From assembly GCA_032117235.1 (NCBI GenBank), contig JAULZW010000004.1, positions 1 through 51,422 of the forward strand: DNA of 51,422 nucleotides. The letters are read 5' to 3'. This document shows positions 1-9,728 of the stretch, one piece after another (position 1 is the stretch's first letter; every line of letters begins with the position of its first letter). Made by a program: the position numbers and the translations under genes. The DNA is from Minisyncoccota bacterium. Lineage in GTDB: Bacteria; Patescibacteriota; Minisyncoccia; SW-4-49-11. The notes below the pieces were generated by a model. That model did not search any database and was not told where the DNA came from. It was given only the letters and a program-made list of their open reading frames with translations.

Positions 1-220
1 TTAGTCAGGCAGGATTTGATAGTTTAGGTTTTTGGAGAGGTGTAGGTAATCCTACTACAGATGCTTGGAATGGAAGTACTGGTACTAGATTGGGTACAAC
101 GAGTACTCAGCCATTAGTATTAGCAACTACTAATGCTACAGCTCAAGATATAATATTTTTTACAGGCGCAAATGGAGCTAGTGAAAGAATGAGAATTTTA
201 GGTACAGGAAATATTGGTAT
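1..220 (+). repeat. copy 1 of a ~220-nt near-identical direct repeat (partner 1015..1234; offset 1014 nt = 338 codons)
   Basis: Read directly: nt 1-220 align gap-free with 1015-1234. The differences I can see (agattgggtacaacgagt vs agactaggtacaacaagt) are synonymous. Confidence 0.9.
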
Positions 221-1676
221 TGGTGCTACGATTCCAGTCGCAAAATTAGATGTAAATACAAATGCTTTAGTAAATCCAACCATTAATGCCACTTATGCAC
301 AATCGGGTATTTCCCTTTCTAACTCTACAGTAGCGACTACTGGTAATCAGCAATTCTCACCTACATTAAGATGGAGAGGTTCTGGTTTTGCAACAACTCC
401 TGTTGCAGGTCGTGACACATCATTTGTATCATATCTTCAACCAGTACAAGGTACTACTGATCCCTCTGCTAATCTTATTTTTGCTAGCTCCATAAATAAT
501 AGTGCTTATACTACTAGACTTACATTGAATAGTAGTGGTGCTTTAACGGTAGGAGGAGGACTAACAGCTACCACAGGGACGTTCACTTCTGCTATTTCAG
601 CTACCACAGGAACATTTACCTCCGCTATTTCATCCACTACAACTTTGACTAATACAAGAAATAATATTGTAACAACGTCAACAGATGGAATTATTAATAC
701 CAATACAACTGCTTCTACTTCTGCTGTACCCGCTCAAATATCACCAAGACTTAGATTATCTGGTACAGCATGGAATACAGGTGGTACTCCAGCCTCTAAT
801 ACTATGAACTGGGCTATAGAAAATATTCCTACAAGTGGAAATCCTCCTACATCATCTTTGAGATTTAATTTTGATAGAAATGGATTAGGATATACTACAA
901 CATTTAGGTTGTTAAGTGGTGGTGGAATAATAGCAACTTCTCTAGGTGGGGTAGCAAGTACATCTGTAACATCAGGCTATGATAGGGTGTTATTGGCTAA
1001 TAGTAGTGGGCAATTTAGTCAGGCAGGATTTGATAGTTTAGGTTTTTGGAGAGGTGTAGGTAATCCTACTACAGATGCTTGGAATGGAAGTACTGGTACT
1101 AGACTAGGTACAACAAGTACTCAGCCATTAGTATTAGCAACTACTAATGCTACAGCTCAAGATATAATATTTTTTACAGGCGCAAATGGAGCTAGTGAAA
1201 GAATGAGAATTTTAGGTACAGGAAATATTGGTATAGGGACAATTAACCCAACAGCAAGATTACAATTAGCTGCGGGAACTTTTTCAGCTAACACAGCTCC
1301 TCTTAAATTAACAGCTGGTACTAATTTGACAACTCCTGAAGCTGGGGCTATAGAATGGGATGGAACTAATCTTTTCTTAACTAAATCTGGAGATGTTAGA
1401 CAAACAATTAATCAGGGGCTCACAGCTACAACTTCATTAGATTTTCCTTCTACTGCTGTTGGTGCAGTTAGTAACTTGACATTAACAGTAACTGGGGCTG
1501 ATATTAATGATGTGGTTTCTTTGGGAGTTCCTAACGGAAGTGTTCCAGTTACTGGAGATTTTTCAGCTTGGGTTAGTGCCGCAAATACAGTTACAGTAAG
1601 ATACACGAATAACTCTACAACAACAGCTCAGGATCCTGCAATTAATACTTTTAAAGTTTTTGTAACTAAATTTTAA
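3..1676 (+). CDS. repetitive surface / fibre-like protein, 5' end outside the window
   Basis: Frame 3 is open from the window edge. The residues before the first Met (SQAGFDSLGFWRGVGNPTTDAW...) recur about 338 aa later in the tracked ORF, so the CDS is truncated by the window. It is T/S/N/G-rich, with a repeated ERMRILGTGNIGIG motif of the kind seen in fibre/adhesin-like repeat proteins. No enzyme motifs seen. Confidence 0.6.
   Translation, partial: SQAGFDSLGFWRGVGNPTTDAWNGSTGTRLGTTSTQPLVLATTNATAQDIIFFTGANGASERMRILGTGNIGIGATIPVAKLDVNTNALVNPTINATYAQSGISLSNSTVATTGNQQFSPTLRWRGSGFATTPVAGRDTSFVSYLQPVQGTTDPSANLIFASSINNSAYTTRLTLNSSGALTVGGGLTATTGTFTSAISATTGTFTSAISSTTTLTNTRNNIVTTSTDGIINTNTTASTSAVPAQISPRLRLSGTAWNTGGTPASNTMNWAIENIPTSGNPPTSSLRFNFDRNGLGYTTTFRLLSGGGIIATSLGGVASTSVTSGYDRVLLANSSGQFSQAGFDSLGFWRGVGNPTTDAWNGSTGTRLGTTSTQPLVLATTNATAQDIIFFTGANGASERMRILGTGNIGIGTINPTARLQLAAGTFSANTAPLKLTAGTNLTTPEAGAIEWDGTNLFLTKSGDVRQTINQGLTATTSLDFPSTAVGAVSNLTLTVTGADINDVVSLGVPNGSVPVTGDFSAWVSAANTVTVRYTNNSTTTAQDPAINTFKVFVTKF
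567..632 (+). repeat. 2 x 33-nt tandem repeat encoding ATTGTFTSAIS twice
   Basis: gctaccacagggacgttcacttctgctatttca (567-599) is followed by gctaccacaggaacatttacctccgctatttca (600-632). Differences are at third codon positions. Confidence 0.85.
1015..1234 (+). repeat. copy 2 of the ~220-nt direct repeat inside the surface-protein gene
   Basis: See copy 1. Identity ends after ggaaatattggtat. Confidence 0.9.
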
Positions 1677-1734
1677 AAATTAGATTTACAGATAGATTTA
1701 AATGAATATACTATGTAGTTAGCTTTAAATAGGT

Positions 1735-1774
1735 ACAAACAGAGCTTTGATATAGACTTACTCTGTTTGTTTTG
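1735..1774. terminator. hairpin between convergent genes (possible bidirectional terminator)
   Basis: acaaacagag (1735-1744) pairs with ctctgtttgt (1761-1770) around a 16-nt loop, followed by tttg. It lies between the stop of the surface-protein gene and the stop of tyrS. Confidence 0.4.
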
Positions 1775-1827
1775 AGGTTAGATGTAAGTGTCATATAATT
1801 CCTAAAAACCAACACAAGTCTTATATT

Positions 1828-3054
1828 TTAATTAAGTATGACTCTCACAAAATTTCTCTTACCTTTCTGTAAGACAAACCCGTCTTTTTTTATTGTAAGT
1901 TCCTGATTGGAATGTATAATATCTCCATCAATTTTGACTCCATTTTGTTCTATAATTCTTTTTACTTCACTTTTGCTTCCTGCCAAGCCTGTCTCAAGTA
2001 AAAGGTCAGTTAAAAATAAACTTTGTTTAGTAGTAGTAAATTCTGGGATATCAGTAGGTATATCTTTATTTTGAAAAGTATTAATAAAATATTCTTCAGC
2101 TTTTTTAGCTAATTCTTCACCGTGATAAATTTTTGTAATTTCAAAAGCTAATCTCATTTTTAAGTCTTTTGGATTTACAAGATTAAGTTTTAATTCTTTT
2201 TGCATTTTATCAATATTTTCTAAACTTTCATAAGTACAATCCACAAAAAGCTGAAATATATTCTCATCTGGCTGAGCCATTATTTTTCCATATATATCAA
2301 TATTATTCATATCCAAAAACACTCCGGTACCTAGACTCTTGGACATCATTTTCTCTTTGGTAATTGGATTTTCTAATAAAGTTGTAATTATTATAAACTT
2401 TTCTTTATTTTTATATCTTTGTAAAAGAGTTCTTCCACACAGAGCATTAAATTTTTGGTCATTACCACATATTTCAACATCTACATCTAAGTGAACACTA
2501 TCATAGCCCTGCATTAAAGGATAAAAAAATTCATGTACATAAATTGGTTTTTCCTCTTTTAATCTTTTTTCAAACATATCTCTCTCAAGCATTCTCTGAA
2601 CGGTAAAATTTGAAGCTAAGTCTATAACATCTTCAAAATTCATTTTGGACAGCCAATCATGATTATAGACAATTTCTACAGGATTATCTTTATCATCAAA
2701 AGAAATAATTGGACTTAATTGTTTAATCCAAGTTTGAGTATTCTCAATTACTTGTTCGCGGGACAGCTGTACTCTTGTAGCTGTTTTATCTGTGGGATCT
2801 CCTATTCTAGCTGTAAAATCTCCAATTAAAAGTATTATTTTATGACCTAATTTTCTGATTTTTTCTAAAAGTATATAATTTGTAGCATGTCCAATATGCA
2901 AAGCTGGGCCAGTGGCATCTGCTCCAATATAAAGTTTCATTTGTCTCCCAGACATCAATTCTTTTTTTAAATCCTCTTTGGATGGAAGAATCTCAACAAT
3001 ACTACGGGATAGTATTTCATCAATAATTTTTTCATCTACAGTAATTTTATTCAT
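1828..3054 (-). CDS. tyrS: tyrosyl-tRNA synthetase
   Basis: Class I motifs HIGH (ALHIGHAT) and KMSKS (KMMSKSLG). C-terminal S4-like RNA-binding domain (SKSEVKRIIEQNGVKIDG). Confidence 0.9.
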   Translation of the reverse strand: MNKITVDEKIIDEILSRSIVEILPSKEDLKKELMSGRQMKLYIGADATGPALHIGHATNYILLEKIRKLGHKIILLIGDFTARIGDPTDKTATRVQLSREQVIENTQTWIKQLSPIISFDDKDNPVEIVYNHDWLSKMNFEDVIDLASNFTVQRMLERDMFEKRLKEEKPIYVHEFFYPLMQGYDSVHLDVDVEICGNDQKFNALCGRTLLQRYKNKEKFIIITTLLENPITKEKMMSKSLGTGVFLDMNNIDIYGKIMAQPDENIFQLFVDCTYESLENIDKMQKELKLNLVNPKDLKMRLAFEITKIYHGEELAKKAEEYFINTFQNKDIPTDIPEFTTTKQSLFLTDLLLETGLAGSKSEVKRIIEQNGVKIDGDIIHSNQELTIKKDGFVLQKGKRNFVRVILN

Positions 3055-3137
3055 AATACCAATTATGTTTAAATAATTTATGTATGTATATTACATTATT
3101 TTTATATTTTATACTAGTTATGTTAATATATTTTGAT

Positions 3138-3166
3138 TTGACAGATTCAAACAATGAATATATAAT
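3138..3166 (+). promoter_or_regulatory. sigma-70-type promoter upstream of nusA
   Basis: TTGACA (3138-3143), 17-nt spacer, TATAAT (3161-3166). Perfect consensus. Confidence 0.6.
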
Positions 3167-3275
3167 ATAGTGTATATATGATATGGGTAATTTATTATGG
3201 ATCTGCTTTTTAGATAAAAAAGTAGATCTATTTTAGTTAATATGATATCATTATATTAACACTAAGAATATTGAT

Positions 3276-4511
3276 ATGTTAAATGCTAAACAATTTACTT
3301 TTGCCATAACCCAAATTGCAGAGGAAAAAAATATACCAGAAGAAAAAATAATAGAAGTAATTGAAACTGCCATAGCTGCCGCTTATAAAAAAGACTATGG
3401 TGAAAAAAGTCAGATCATTAAATCTAAGCTTAATAAAGACTCAGGTATTTTCTCCATTTTTAGACATAAAACTGTGGTTAATGTTGATGAAGAAGGTTTT
3501 ATTGTGTTGAGTGAGGATCAAAATACTGACGACTTAGGACCTATTCAAGAGGAGATTACAGATGGTGTTAGAAAAATCAGATTTAATCCAGACAGGCATA
3601 TTTCTATTGCTGACGCTCAGTCTATCCAGTCAGAAATACAAGAGGGAGAAGAAATTGTAGAGGAATTAGAGCCAAAAGAAGATTTTGGTAGAGTGGCAGC
3701 TCAAACTGCTAAACAGGTCTTGATGCAGAAAATACGTGAAATTGAGAGAACTACTGCTTTTGAGGCTTATAAAGATAGAGTGGGGGAAATTATTGCTGGA
3801 ACCATTCATAGAATGGATAGGGGGATTATATTCGTAGATCTTGGTAAAGGAGTTGGATTATTGTTTCCATCCGAGCAAGTTTATGCTGACAATTATCGTA
3901 TAGGTAATAGACATAAATTTTTAATTCAAAATGTAGAGACTACCGAGAGAGAACCTAATATTGTTTTATCTAGAAGAAGTACTGATTTTGTCAAAACATT
4001 GTTTGCCTTGGAAGTTCCAGAAATATTTGCAGGTTCGGTTGAGATAGTTTCTATTGCAAGAGATGCTGGTGTTAGAACTAAGTTATCAGTCAAAGCTAAC
4101 GGAGATGGTATTGACCCAGTCGGAGCTTGCGTAGGACAGAGGGGAACTAGAGTACAGTCTATCATTAATGAATTAGGTGGAGAAAAAATTGACATTATAG
4201 AATACTCTGATAATTTAGAGGATTATATTAAAGCTGCTATTGCTCCAGCTAAAGTAGAAGGTATTACTATTGATGAGGATAATAGACAAGCTATTGTTAT
4301 AGTACCACAAGATCAGTTGTCTTTAGCTATTGGTGGATCTGGACAAAATGTTAGATTAGCCTCTAGATTAACTGGCTATGATATTAACTTGAATCCAGAG
4401 TCTAAAAATGAAGCTTCTAAAGCTGTTGATACAGTTAAAGTTGCTATGGACAATGATGTTCAAGAAGCGATTATTGAAGATAATGTTACTAATACAGAGT
4501 CTGATATATAA
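3276..4511 (+). CDS. nusA: transcription termination/antitermination factor NusA
   Basis: N-terminal NusA domain, S1-like region, then two KH modules (GACVGQRGTRVQSIINELGGEKIDII; LSLAIGGSGQNVRLASRLTGYDINL). Confidence 0.9.
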   Translation: MLNAKQFTFAITQIAEEKNIPEEKIIEVIETAIAAAYKKDYGEKSQIIKSKLNKDSGIFSIFRHKTVVNVDEEGFIVLSEDQNTDDLGPIQEEITDGVRKIRFNPDRHISIADAQSIQSEIQEGEEIVEELEPKEDFGRVAAQTAKQVLMQKIREIERTTAFEAYKDRVGEIIAGTIHRMDRGIIFVDLGKGVGLLFPSEQVYADNYRIGNRHKFLIQNVETTEREPNIVLSRRSTDFVKTLFALEVPEIFAGSVEIVSIARDAGVRTKLSVKANGDGIDPVGACVGQRGTRVQSIINELGGEKIDIIEYSDNLEDYIKAAIAPAKVEGITIDEDNRQAIVIVPQDQLSLAIGGSGQNVRLASRLTGYDINLNPESKNEASKAVDTVKVAMDNDVQEAIIEDNVTNTESDI

Positions 4512-4538
4512 TTATTATTAAATTTAATTAATAAAAAT

Positions 4539-5075
4539 ATGAATCTATATACTGATGTCCCAAGATTGGAATCTCTACCAGAAGAATTCAATGTGGTTGT
4601 TGATATCCCTATGAATTCTACCTCTAAGTTTGAATATGATGAAAAAGGTGGATATTTTAAGTTAGACCGTACTTTATACTCTCCTTTAGTATATACATTT
4701 GAATATGGTTTTGTACCAAAAACTCATGGTGAAGATGGAGATGCCCTAGATGTAATTTTATTAGCTACTAGACCTACCTTTTCAGGTTGTGTAGTAAAAT
4801 CTAGAGTAATAGGAGTATTAAAAATGAGTGATGAGGCTGGGATAGATCATAAATTAATTTGTGCTCCTGTGGCTAAATTAGACCCTAGATTAGCTCATAT
4901 AAAGGAGTTAGAAGATATTGAATCCCACCTTATCAAAGAAATAGAATTATTTATGGCTGACTATAAAAAATTAGAACCAGGTAAATATGAATTTGTTAAG
5001 ATAGAGGGTTTTGGTGGTAAAGAGGAGGCAAAGCAGATTTTGATTAAAGGAGCTCAATCTTATGACGATAAATAA
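4539..5075 (+). CDS. ppa: inorganic pyrophosphatase (family I)
   Basis: VVDIPMNSTSKFEYD ... YGFVPKTHGEDGDALDVILL matches the family I PPase metal-binding signature. Confidence 0.9.
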   Translation: MNLYTDVPRLESLPEEFNVVVDIPMNSTSKFEYDEKGGYFKLDRTLYSPLVYTFEYGFVPKTHGEDGDALDVILLATRPTFSGCVVKSRVIGVLKMSDEAGIDHKLICAPVAKLDPRLAHIKELEDIESHLIKEIELFMADYKKLEPGKYEFVKIEGFGGKEEAKQILIKGAQSYDDK

Positions 5076-5080
5076 AAATC

Positions 5081-5467
5081 ATGAAAAAGCTATTTTTATG
5101 GTTAAATAGCATATTACTACTAATCGCCAGTGGGACGGCTTACTATATATTATTTAATATAAACCCTACTGAAATTTCGATTTCTATTGTTTGGACTTTG
5201 ATTGTATCTGTTATTGTTATAGTCTGGTCTATTACTACTTATTTAGGTTATTATGTAAGATTGTTTTTATCACATAAAATTTTTAAAAATAAAGATATTA
5301 GTTATATTTTAATGAGATCTGAAAGACAGGGCTTATTATTGGGAGTTTTGTTTGGTTTGCAATTAGCATTGCAGGGTTTTTTGCTTTTTAATATACTTAG
5401 TGCTACAATACTAATAATAGCGATATTTTTACTGGAATTTTTCTTCATCGCTCAAGAGAATAAATAA
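5081..5467 (+). CDS. small multi-pass membrane protein, unknown function
   Basis: Four hydrophobic segments. No recognisable motif. Confidence 0.5.
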   Translation: MKKLFLWLNSILLLIASGTAYYILFNINPTEISISIVWTLIVSVIVIVWSITTYLGYYVRLFLSHKIFKNKDISYILMRSERQGLLLGVLFGLQLALQGFLLFNILSATILIIAIFLLEFFFIAQENK

Positions 5468-5480
5468 TAAACTTTAGAAT

Positions 5481-6464
5481 ATGTTATCAATCGAAGAAGT
5501 TATCAAGGAATACAAATCAGATATAAAAAACTCTCTAGATATAGCTAAATTAGATCATAAGTATCTATCTAGAAAAGGCTATATTGCTGAGTTATTCAAA
5601 TCAATTAAAGATGTTATACCAGAAAAAAAATCAGCCTATGGACAACAGCTTAATAAGTTAAAGCAAGAAATAGAAGAGTATATAAATAAAAAAAATAAAA
5701 CTCAAGAGGTTGAGTCTAAATTAGAGATTTACCCAGTTCATCCTTTAGACATACAAGCTAGTGGGGGTAGTTTATCTCCAATATCAAGATTAATATTTAA
5801 AATTCAAGATATTTTTGAAGAAATAGGCTTTTCAATTGCAGTGGGACCAGAGTTAGAATCTGAAAAGTATAATTTTGATTTACTAAATATTCCTGAATCT
5901 CATCCATCTAGGGATGTTTGGGATACTATTTGGGTTCAGAATCCAGCAGGAGTACAATCATTACTTCGTACTCATACCTCTCCAGTACAAATTCGCTATA
6001 TGGAAAATAATAAGCCTCCAATCAGGATTATAGCACCTGGAAAAGTTTACCGTTATGAAGCTACTGATTCTACGCATGAGACAGTATTTCATCAAGTTGA
6101 AGGTTTGTTATTAGATGATAAAGCTAGTATTGCTACATTTAAAGGAGTGATTAATTATTTTTTCAAAGAATTATTTCAACAAGAAATCAATTTTAGGCTA
6201 AGACCAAGTTATTTCCCCTTTACTGAACCAAGCTTTGAAATAGATATTTGGCTACAAGATAAGTGGCTAGAAATTGCTGGAGCTGGTATGGTCAATCGTA
6301 GGGTGTTGGAAAATGGAGGAATTACAGACCCTAATATACAAGGATTTGCCTTTGGTTTCGGAGTAGAAAGATTAGCTATGATACTATATGGAATTGATGA
6401 TATTAGACTAATTCATTCTGCTGATATTAGATTTACATCTCAATTAGGTAAAATACAATTATGA
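5481..6464 (+). CDS. pheS: phenylalanyl-tRNA synthetase alpha subunit
   Basis: Class II core motifs (FPFTEPSFEIDI, GFAFGFGVERLAMILYG). Overlaps pheT by 4 nt. Confidence 0.92.
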   Translation: MLSIEEVIKEYKSDIKNSLDIAKLDHKYLSRKGYIAELFKSIKDVIPEKKSAYGQQLNKLKQEIEEYINKKNKTQEVESKLEIYPVHPLDIQASGGSLSPISRLIFKIQDIFEEIGFSIAVGPELESEKYNFDLLNIPESHPSRDVWDTIWVQNPAGVQSLLRTHTSPVQIRYMENNKPPIRIIAPGKVYRYEATDSTHETVFHQVEGLLLDDKASIATFKGVINYFFKELFQQEINFRLRPSYFPFTEPSFEIDIWLQDKWLEIAGAGMVNRRVLENGGITDPNIQGFAFGFGVERLAMILYGIDDIRLIHSADIRFTSQLGKIQL

Positions 6465-8752
6465 AAATTCCATATTCAATTATCAAAGCCTTTATTCCGG
6501 CATTAACCCAATCTCCAAAAGAATTAGCTGATCTCATCACTCTTAAAAGTTATGAAGTTGACTCGGTATATAGCCCAGGTGAGTCTTTAAAAAATGTAGT
6601 AGTAGGTCATATTCAAAAAGTTACCCCACATCCCAATGCAGATAAGCTTAATATTGCAGAAGTTTTGGTTGATAATAGTGAGGTTTTAACTATTGTCTGT
6701 GGAGCTAAAAATATTGAATTAGGTCAAAAAGTAGCAGTTGCTAAAATAGGGACTACTTTACCTAATGGATTGAATATTCAAGCCGTCAATTTAAGAGGAC
6801 AGGATTCTTTTGGTATGATTTGTTCCTCTCAGGAGTTGGGTCTGCAGGAAGTGTCAGATGGGATTTTAGTTTTACCTAGTATTGCAGAAGTAGGTCTGCC
6901 GGTAGCTGATGTCTTAGGGCTCAATGAAGCAATTATCGATATAGACAATAAAGGTTTAGGTACTAGAGCTAGTGACTCATCTTCATTTTATGGAGTAGCA
7001 AGAGAAATTGCTTTAATTACTAATAACTCATTGCAACCATTAGAAATATCACCAATTCCAGCTAAAAAAAATCTAAAAAAACATATTATAGTTCAAACTA
7101 ATTTATGTAAATATTACTCAATATTAGAATTATCAGGACTTAGTAAATATAAATTTGATTCTAATATTTTGAGCAAAGGCACTTATAGAGTTGATCTATA
7201 TGTACAAACTGATATATTCAAGCTTGATTCTAGTATTCATAAAACTTTAGCTATTTTAAATCAAAAAATTCATCATCCAGCGGTAGATTTAGGAAATTAT
7301 ATTTTGTTTGAGACGGGGCAGCCAGTGCATGTATTTGATGCAGAAAAAGTCAAAGGCAATAACATTACAATAAGAGAGGCTAAGAAAGGAGAAATCTTCA
7401 TAACTTTAGATGATATAGAAATTTTATTAGAAGATGGAGATATTGTTATTTGTGACGCTGAAGGAATCATAGCTTTAGCTGGCATAATGGGAGGAGCTTC
7501 TACAGCAGTAGGGGATGGTACAACCCGTGTTTTTATTGAAAGTGCTAACTTTGATAACAATAGAATTCGTCAAACAGCTCGAAGGTTAAAGCTTTTAACT
7601 GAATCAGCTAAGAGATTTGAGAGGTCGATTCCAGTTGAGTTTGCTGATATTGCAATTCAGAGAACTATAAATTTAGTAGAAAAATCAGGGTTACAAATTC
7701 TGGACTATATCAATAGCGGGAATAATAAAACTGAACATAAAAGTATACAATTAGATTACAATTACGTTAGAAAATATATAGGCTCAGATATTAGTGATAA
7801 TGAAATTAGTCAAATTTTAAAATCATTACATATAGAAATACATACTTCATTTGGGTCTAAAAAGCATAACCTCACATCTCCATATTGGCGACTAGATTTA
7901 AATACTCCAGAAGAGTATATTGAAGAAATAGCTCGTCTTTACGGATATGATAATATTTCTGCTAAATTAGATATTCCTAAAATGCAAGCAAACTCTGATT
8001 TGCTGTTTAATTTTAAACGTAAATTATCTCAAGAATTATCTAAAATTGGATATAATGAATTGCTTACATATCCATACAGTGAAAAAGGTACATTGCAACT
8101 ATTAAATCCAGTTGATGATTCAAAGCCATTCCTTAGACAGAATTTAATAGATTCTATGGCTAAGGCTATAGACAATAGTTCCAAATATAGAGATACATTA
8201 AGCTTGTTTGAGATTAGTAATGTATTTACTGCAGAACAACATTTACATCTAAGCTTAAGTTATTATGATAAAGATACAGATATAATTACAAATACCAATC
8301 AGGCTTATGTTGATTTCATCAGAGTAATTGCTCAACTTGGATTTGATTATACTAAATTCTCAACTCAAATAGTAGATGATAATAATATTATTAATTATTC
8401 TAAACAAGTTGTAGGTTGGGTGGATATATCAGGTGTAATTGAAATAGATTTATCAGTTTTAGTAAATCTATTATCTCCAATGTCAGAAAATTATACTCCA
8501 ATTCCAAAATATCCAGCTGTAAAAAGAGATATTACAATAACAGTTTCAAATAGTAGCTCTGCTCAAGAAGTATATAATAAAATACAAGATTTAGTTTCTC
8601 CAAGGTGTTATTATATAGGGTTTAGAGATAAGTTCCAAAATGGAGACTTTACTAATTATACTTTCCATCTTGAATTTAGGGATATGGATAAATCTCTCTC
8701 AGATGATGAAGTTAATTTGGAAATAGACTTAATCCACAAAAAGTTTAAATAA
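6461..8752 (+). CDS. pheT: phenylalanyl-tRNA synthetase beta subunit
   Basis: N-terminal OB tRNA-binding domain (VVGHIQKVTPHPNADKLNIAEV), then B3/4, B5 and a C-terminal FDX-ACB-like region. Translationally coupled to pheS. Confidence 0.9.
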   Translation: MKIPYSIIKAFIPALTQSPKELADLITLKSYEVDSVYSPGESLKNVVVGHIQKVTPHPNADKLNIAEVLVDNSEVLTIVCGAKNIELGQKVAVAKIGTTLPNGLNIQAVNLRGQDSFGMICSSQELGLQEVSDGILVLPSIAEVGLPVADVLGLNEAIIDIDNKGLGTRASDSSSFYGVAREIALITNNSLQPLEISPIPAKKNLKKHIIVQTNLCKYYSILELSGLSKYKFDSNILSKGTYRVDLYVQTDIFKLDSSIHKTLAILNQKIHHPAVDLGNYILFETGQPVHVFDAEKVKGNNITIREAKKGEIFITLDDIEILLEDGDIVICDAEGIIALAGIMGGASTAVGDGTTRVFIESANFDNNRIRQTARRLKLLTESAKRFERSIPVEFADIAIQRTINLVEKSGLQILDYINSGNNKTEHKSIQLDYNYVRKYIGSDISDNEISQILKSLHIEIHTSFGSKKHNLTSPYWRLDLNTPEEYIEEIARLYGYDNISAKLDIPKMQANSDLLFNFKRKLSQELSKIGYNELLTYPYSEKGTLQLLNPVDDSKPFLRQNLIDSMAKAIDNSSKYRDTLSLFEISNVFTAEQHLHLSLSYYDKDTDIITNTNQAYVDFIRVIAQLGFDYTKFSTQIVDDNNIINYSKQVVGWVDISGVIEIDLSVLVNLLSPMSENYTPIPKYPAVKRDITITVSNSSSAQEVYNKIQDLVSPRCYYIGFRDKFQNGDFTNYTFHLEFRDMDKSLSDDEVNLEIDLIHKKFK

Positions 8753-8770
8753 ATTTTATAAATTGTTATA

Positions 8771-8799
8771 TTGACAGAGAGCTTTAAATACTGTATACT
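8771..8799 (+). promoter_or_regulatory. sigma-70-type promoter upstream of rplU
   Basis: TTGACA (8771-8776), 17-nt spacer, extended -10 TGTATACT (8792-8799). Confidence 0.5.
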
Positions 8800-8827
8800 A
8801 AATATTAATGTTAGATAATTAATTTGT

Positions 8828-9139
8828 ATGTTTGCAATTATTCGTACTGGTGGAAAACAATATTCAGTTGAAAAAGGGACTGTTTTAAAGATTGAAAAAT
8901 TAGATAATGAGGCAGGAACAGAAGTGGTATTTGATGATGTTTTGTTATTAGAAAATGAATCTGATATAATTGTTGGTACTCCTAGAGTTGAAAACGCTAA
9001 AGTTGTAGCTAAAGTTTTATCTCAAGGTAGAGGTAAAAAGCAAATCATTTTCAAATATAAGAATAAGACTAGATATAGTGTAAAAAATGGACATCGTCAA
9101 CCTTACACTGAAGTTGAAGTTACAGATATTACTTTATAA
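8828..9139 (+). CDS. rplU: 50S ribosomal protein L21
   Basis: MFAIIRTGGKQYSVEKG... is the typical L21 N-terminus; 103 aa. Confidence 0.9.
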   Translation: MFAIIRTGGKQYSVEKGTVLKIEKLDNEAGTEVVFDDVLLLENESDIIVGTPRVENAKVVAKVLSQGRGKKQIIFKYKNKTRYSVKNGHRQPYTEVEVTDITL

Positions 9140-9163
9140 TAATATATATATTTACATCTAATT

Positions 9164-9427
9164 ATGGATGTTTATACTCAAATACAAAATATTTTGGAAG
9201 AAATTACTCCTATGTTAGAGTCCGATGGGGGAGGTGTTGAGATATTAGATTTTCAAGATGGTAATCTTACTCTTAATTTGTTAGGGGCTTGCTCAGGATG
9301 CCCTATGTCATCTATAACCTTTGGAGTAGTTGTAGAAAATAAACTTCGAGAGACCTGTGGTGACAAAATTAAAAATATATATTATAATAAATATAGTCCA
9401 GATAATAATTATCATTTAAGTAAATAA
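9164..9427 (+). CDS. NifU C-terminal-domain (Nfu-like) Fe-S cluster protein
   Basis: GGGVEILDF...LLGACSGCPMSSITF carries the CxxC motif of the Nfu/NifU C-terminal domain. Confidence 0.75.
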   Translation: MDVYTQIQNILEEITPMLESDGGGVEILDFQDGNLTLNLLGACSGCPMSSITFGVVVENKLRETCGDKIKNIYYNKYSPDNNYHLSK

Positions 9428-9429
9428 AT

Positions 9430-9699
9430 ATGGCAATTAAAACTTTAGCAATAGATAGGGATCAATGTATAGGAGCTGCTAGTTGTGTGGCTGTGTATTC
9501 GGATGTTTTTGAAATTGACGAAGAGGCAAAAGCGGTTCTAAAATTAAAAGGAGGATCAACTACTTCAGTTAAAACTGACATTACTGCTCTTGATGTTGGT
9601 AGTGTAGATGATGATACTCTACTTCTTGCTGCTCAATCCTGCCCGACTGCTGCTATTTATCTTTATGATGAAGATGGAAATCAGGTCTTCCCGGCTTAG
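9430..9699 (+). CDS. small single-cluster ferredoxin
   Basis: CIGAASCVAV ... AQSCPTAAI cysteine pattern. Confidence 0.7.
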   Translation: MAIKTLAIDRDQCIGAASCVAVYSDVFEIDEEAKAVLKLKGGSTTSVKTDITALDVGSVDDDTLLLAAQSCPTAAIYLYDEDGNQVFPA

Positions 9700-9728
9700 A
9701 TATAATATTTTAAAATATAAATTTTATT

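Noticed and set aside
5-14. Lone caggcagg strings at 7-14, 1021-1028 and 34029-34036 (rnhB), resembling the termini of the island palindromes
   Set aside because: No inverted partner (cctgcc) lies nearby and the local sequence is not GC-rich. The first two are the same internal gene repeat. This is compatible with chance occurrence of an 8-mer.
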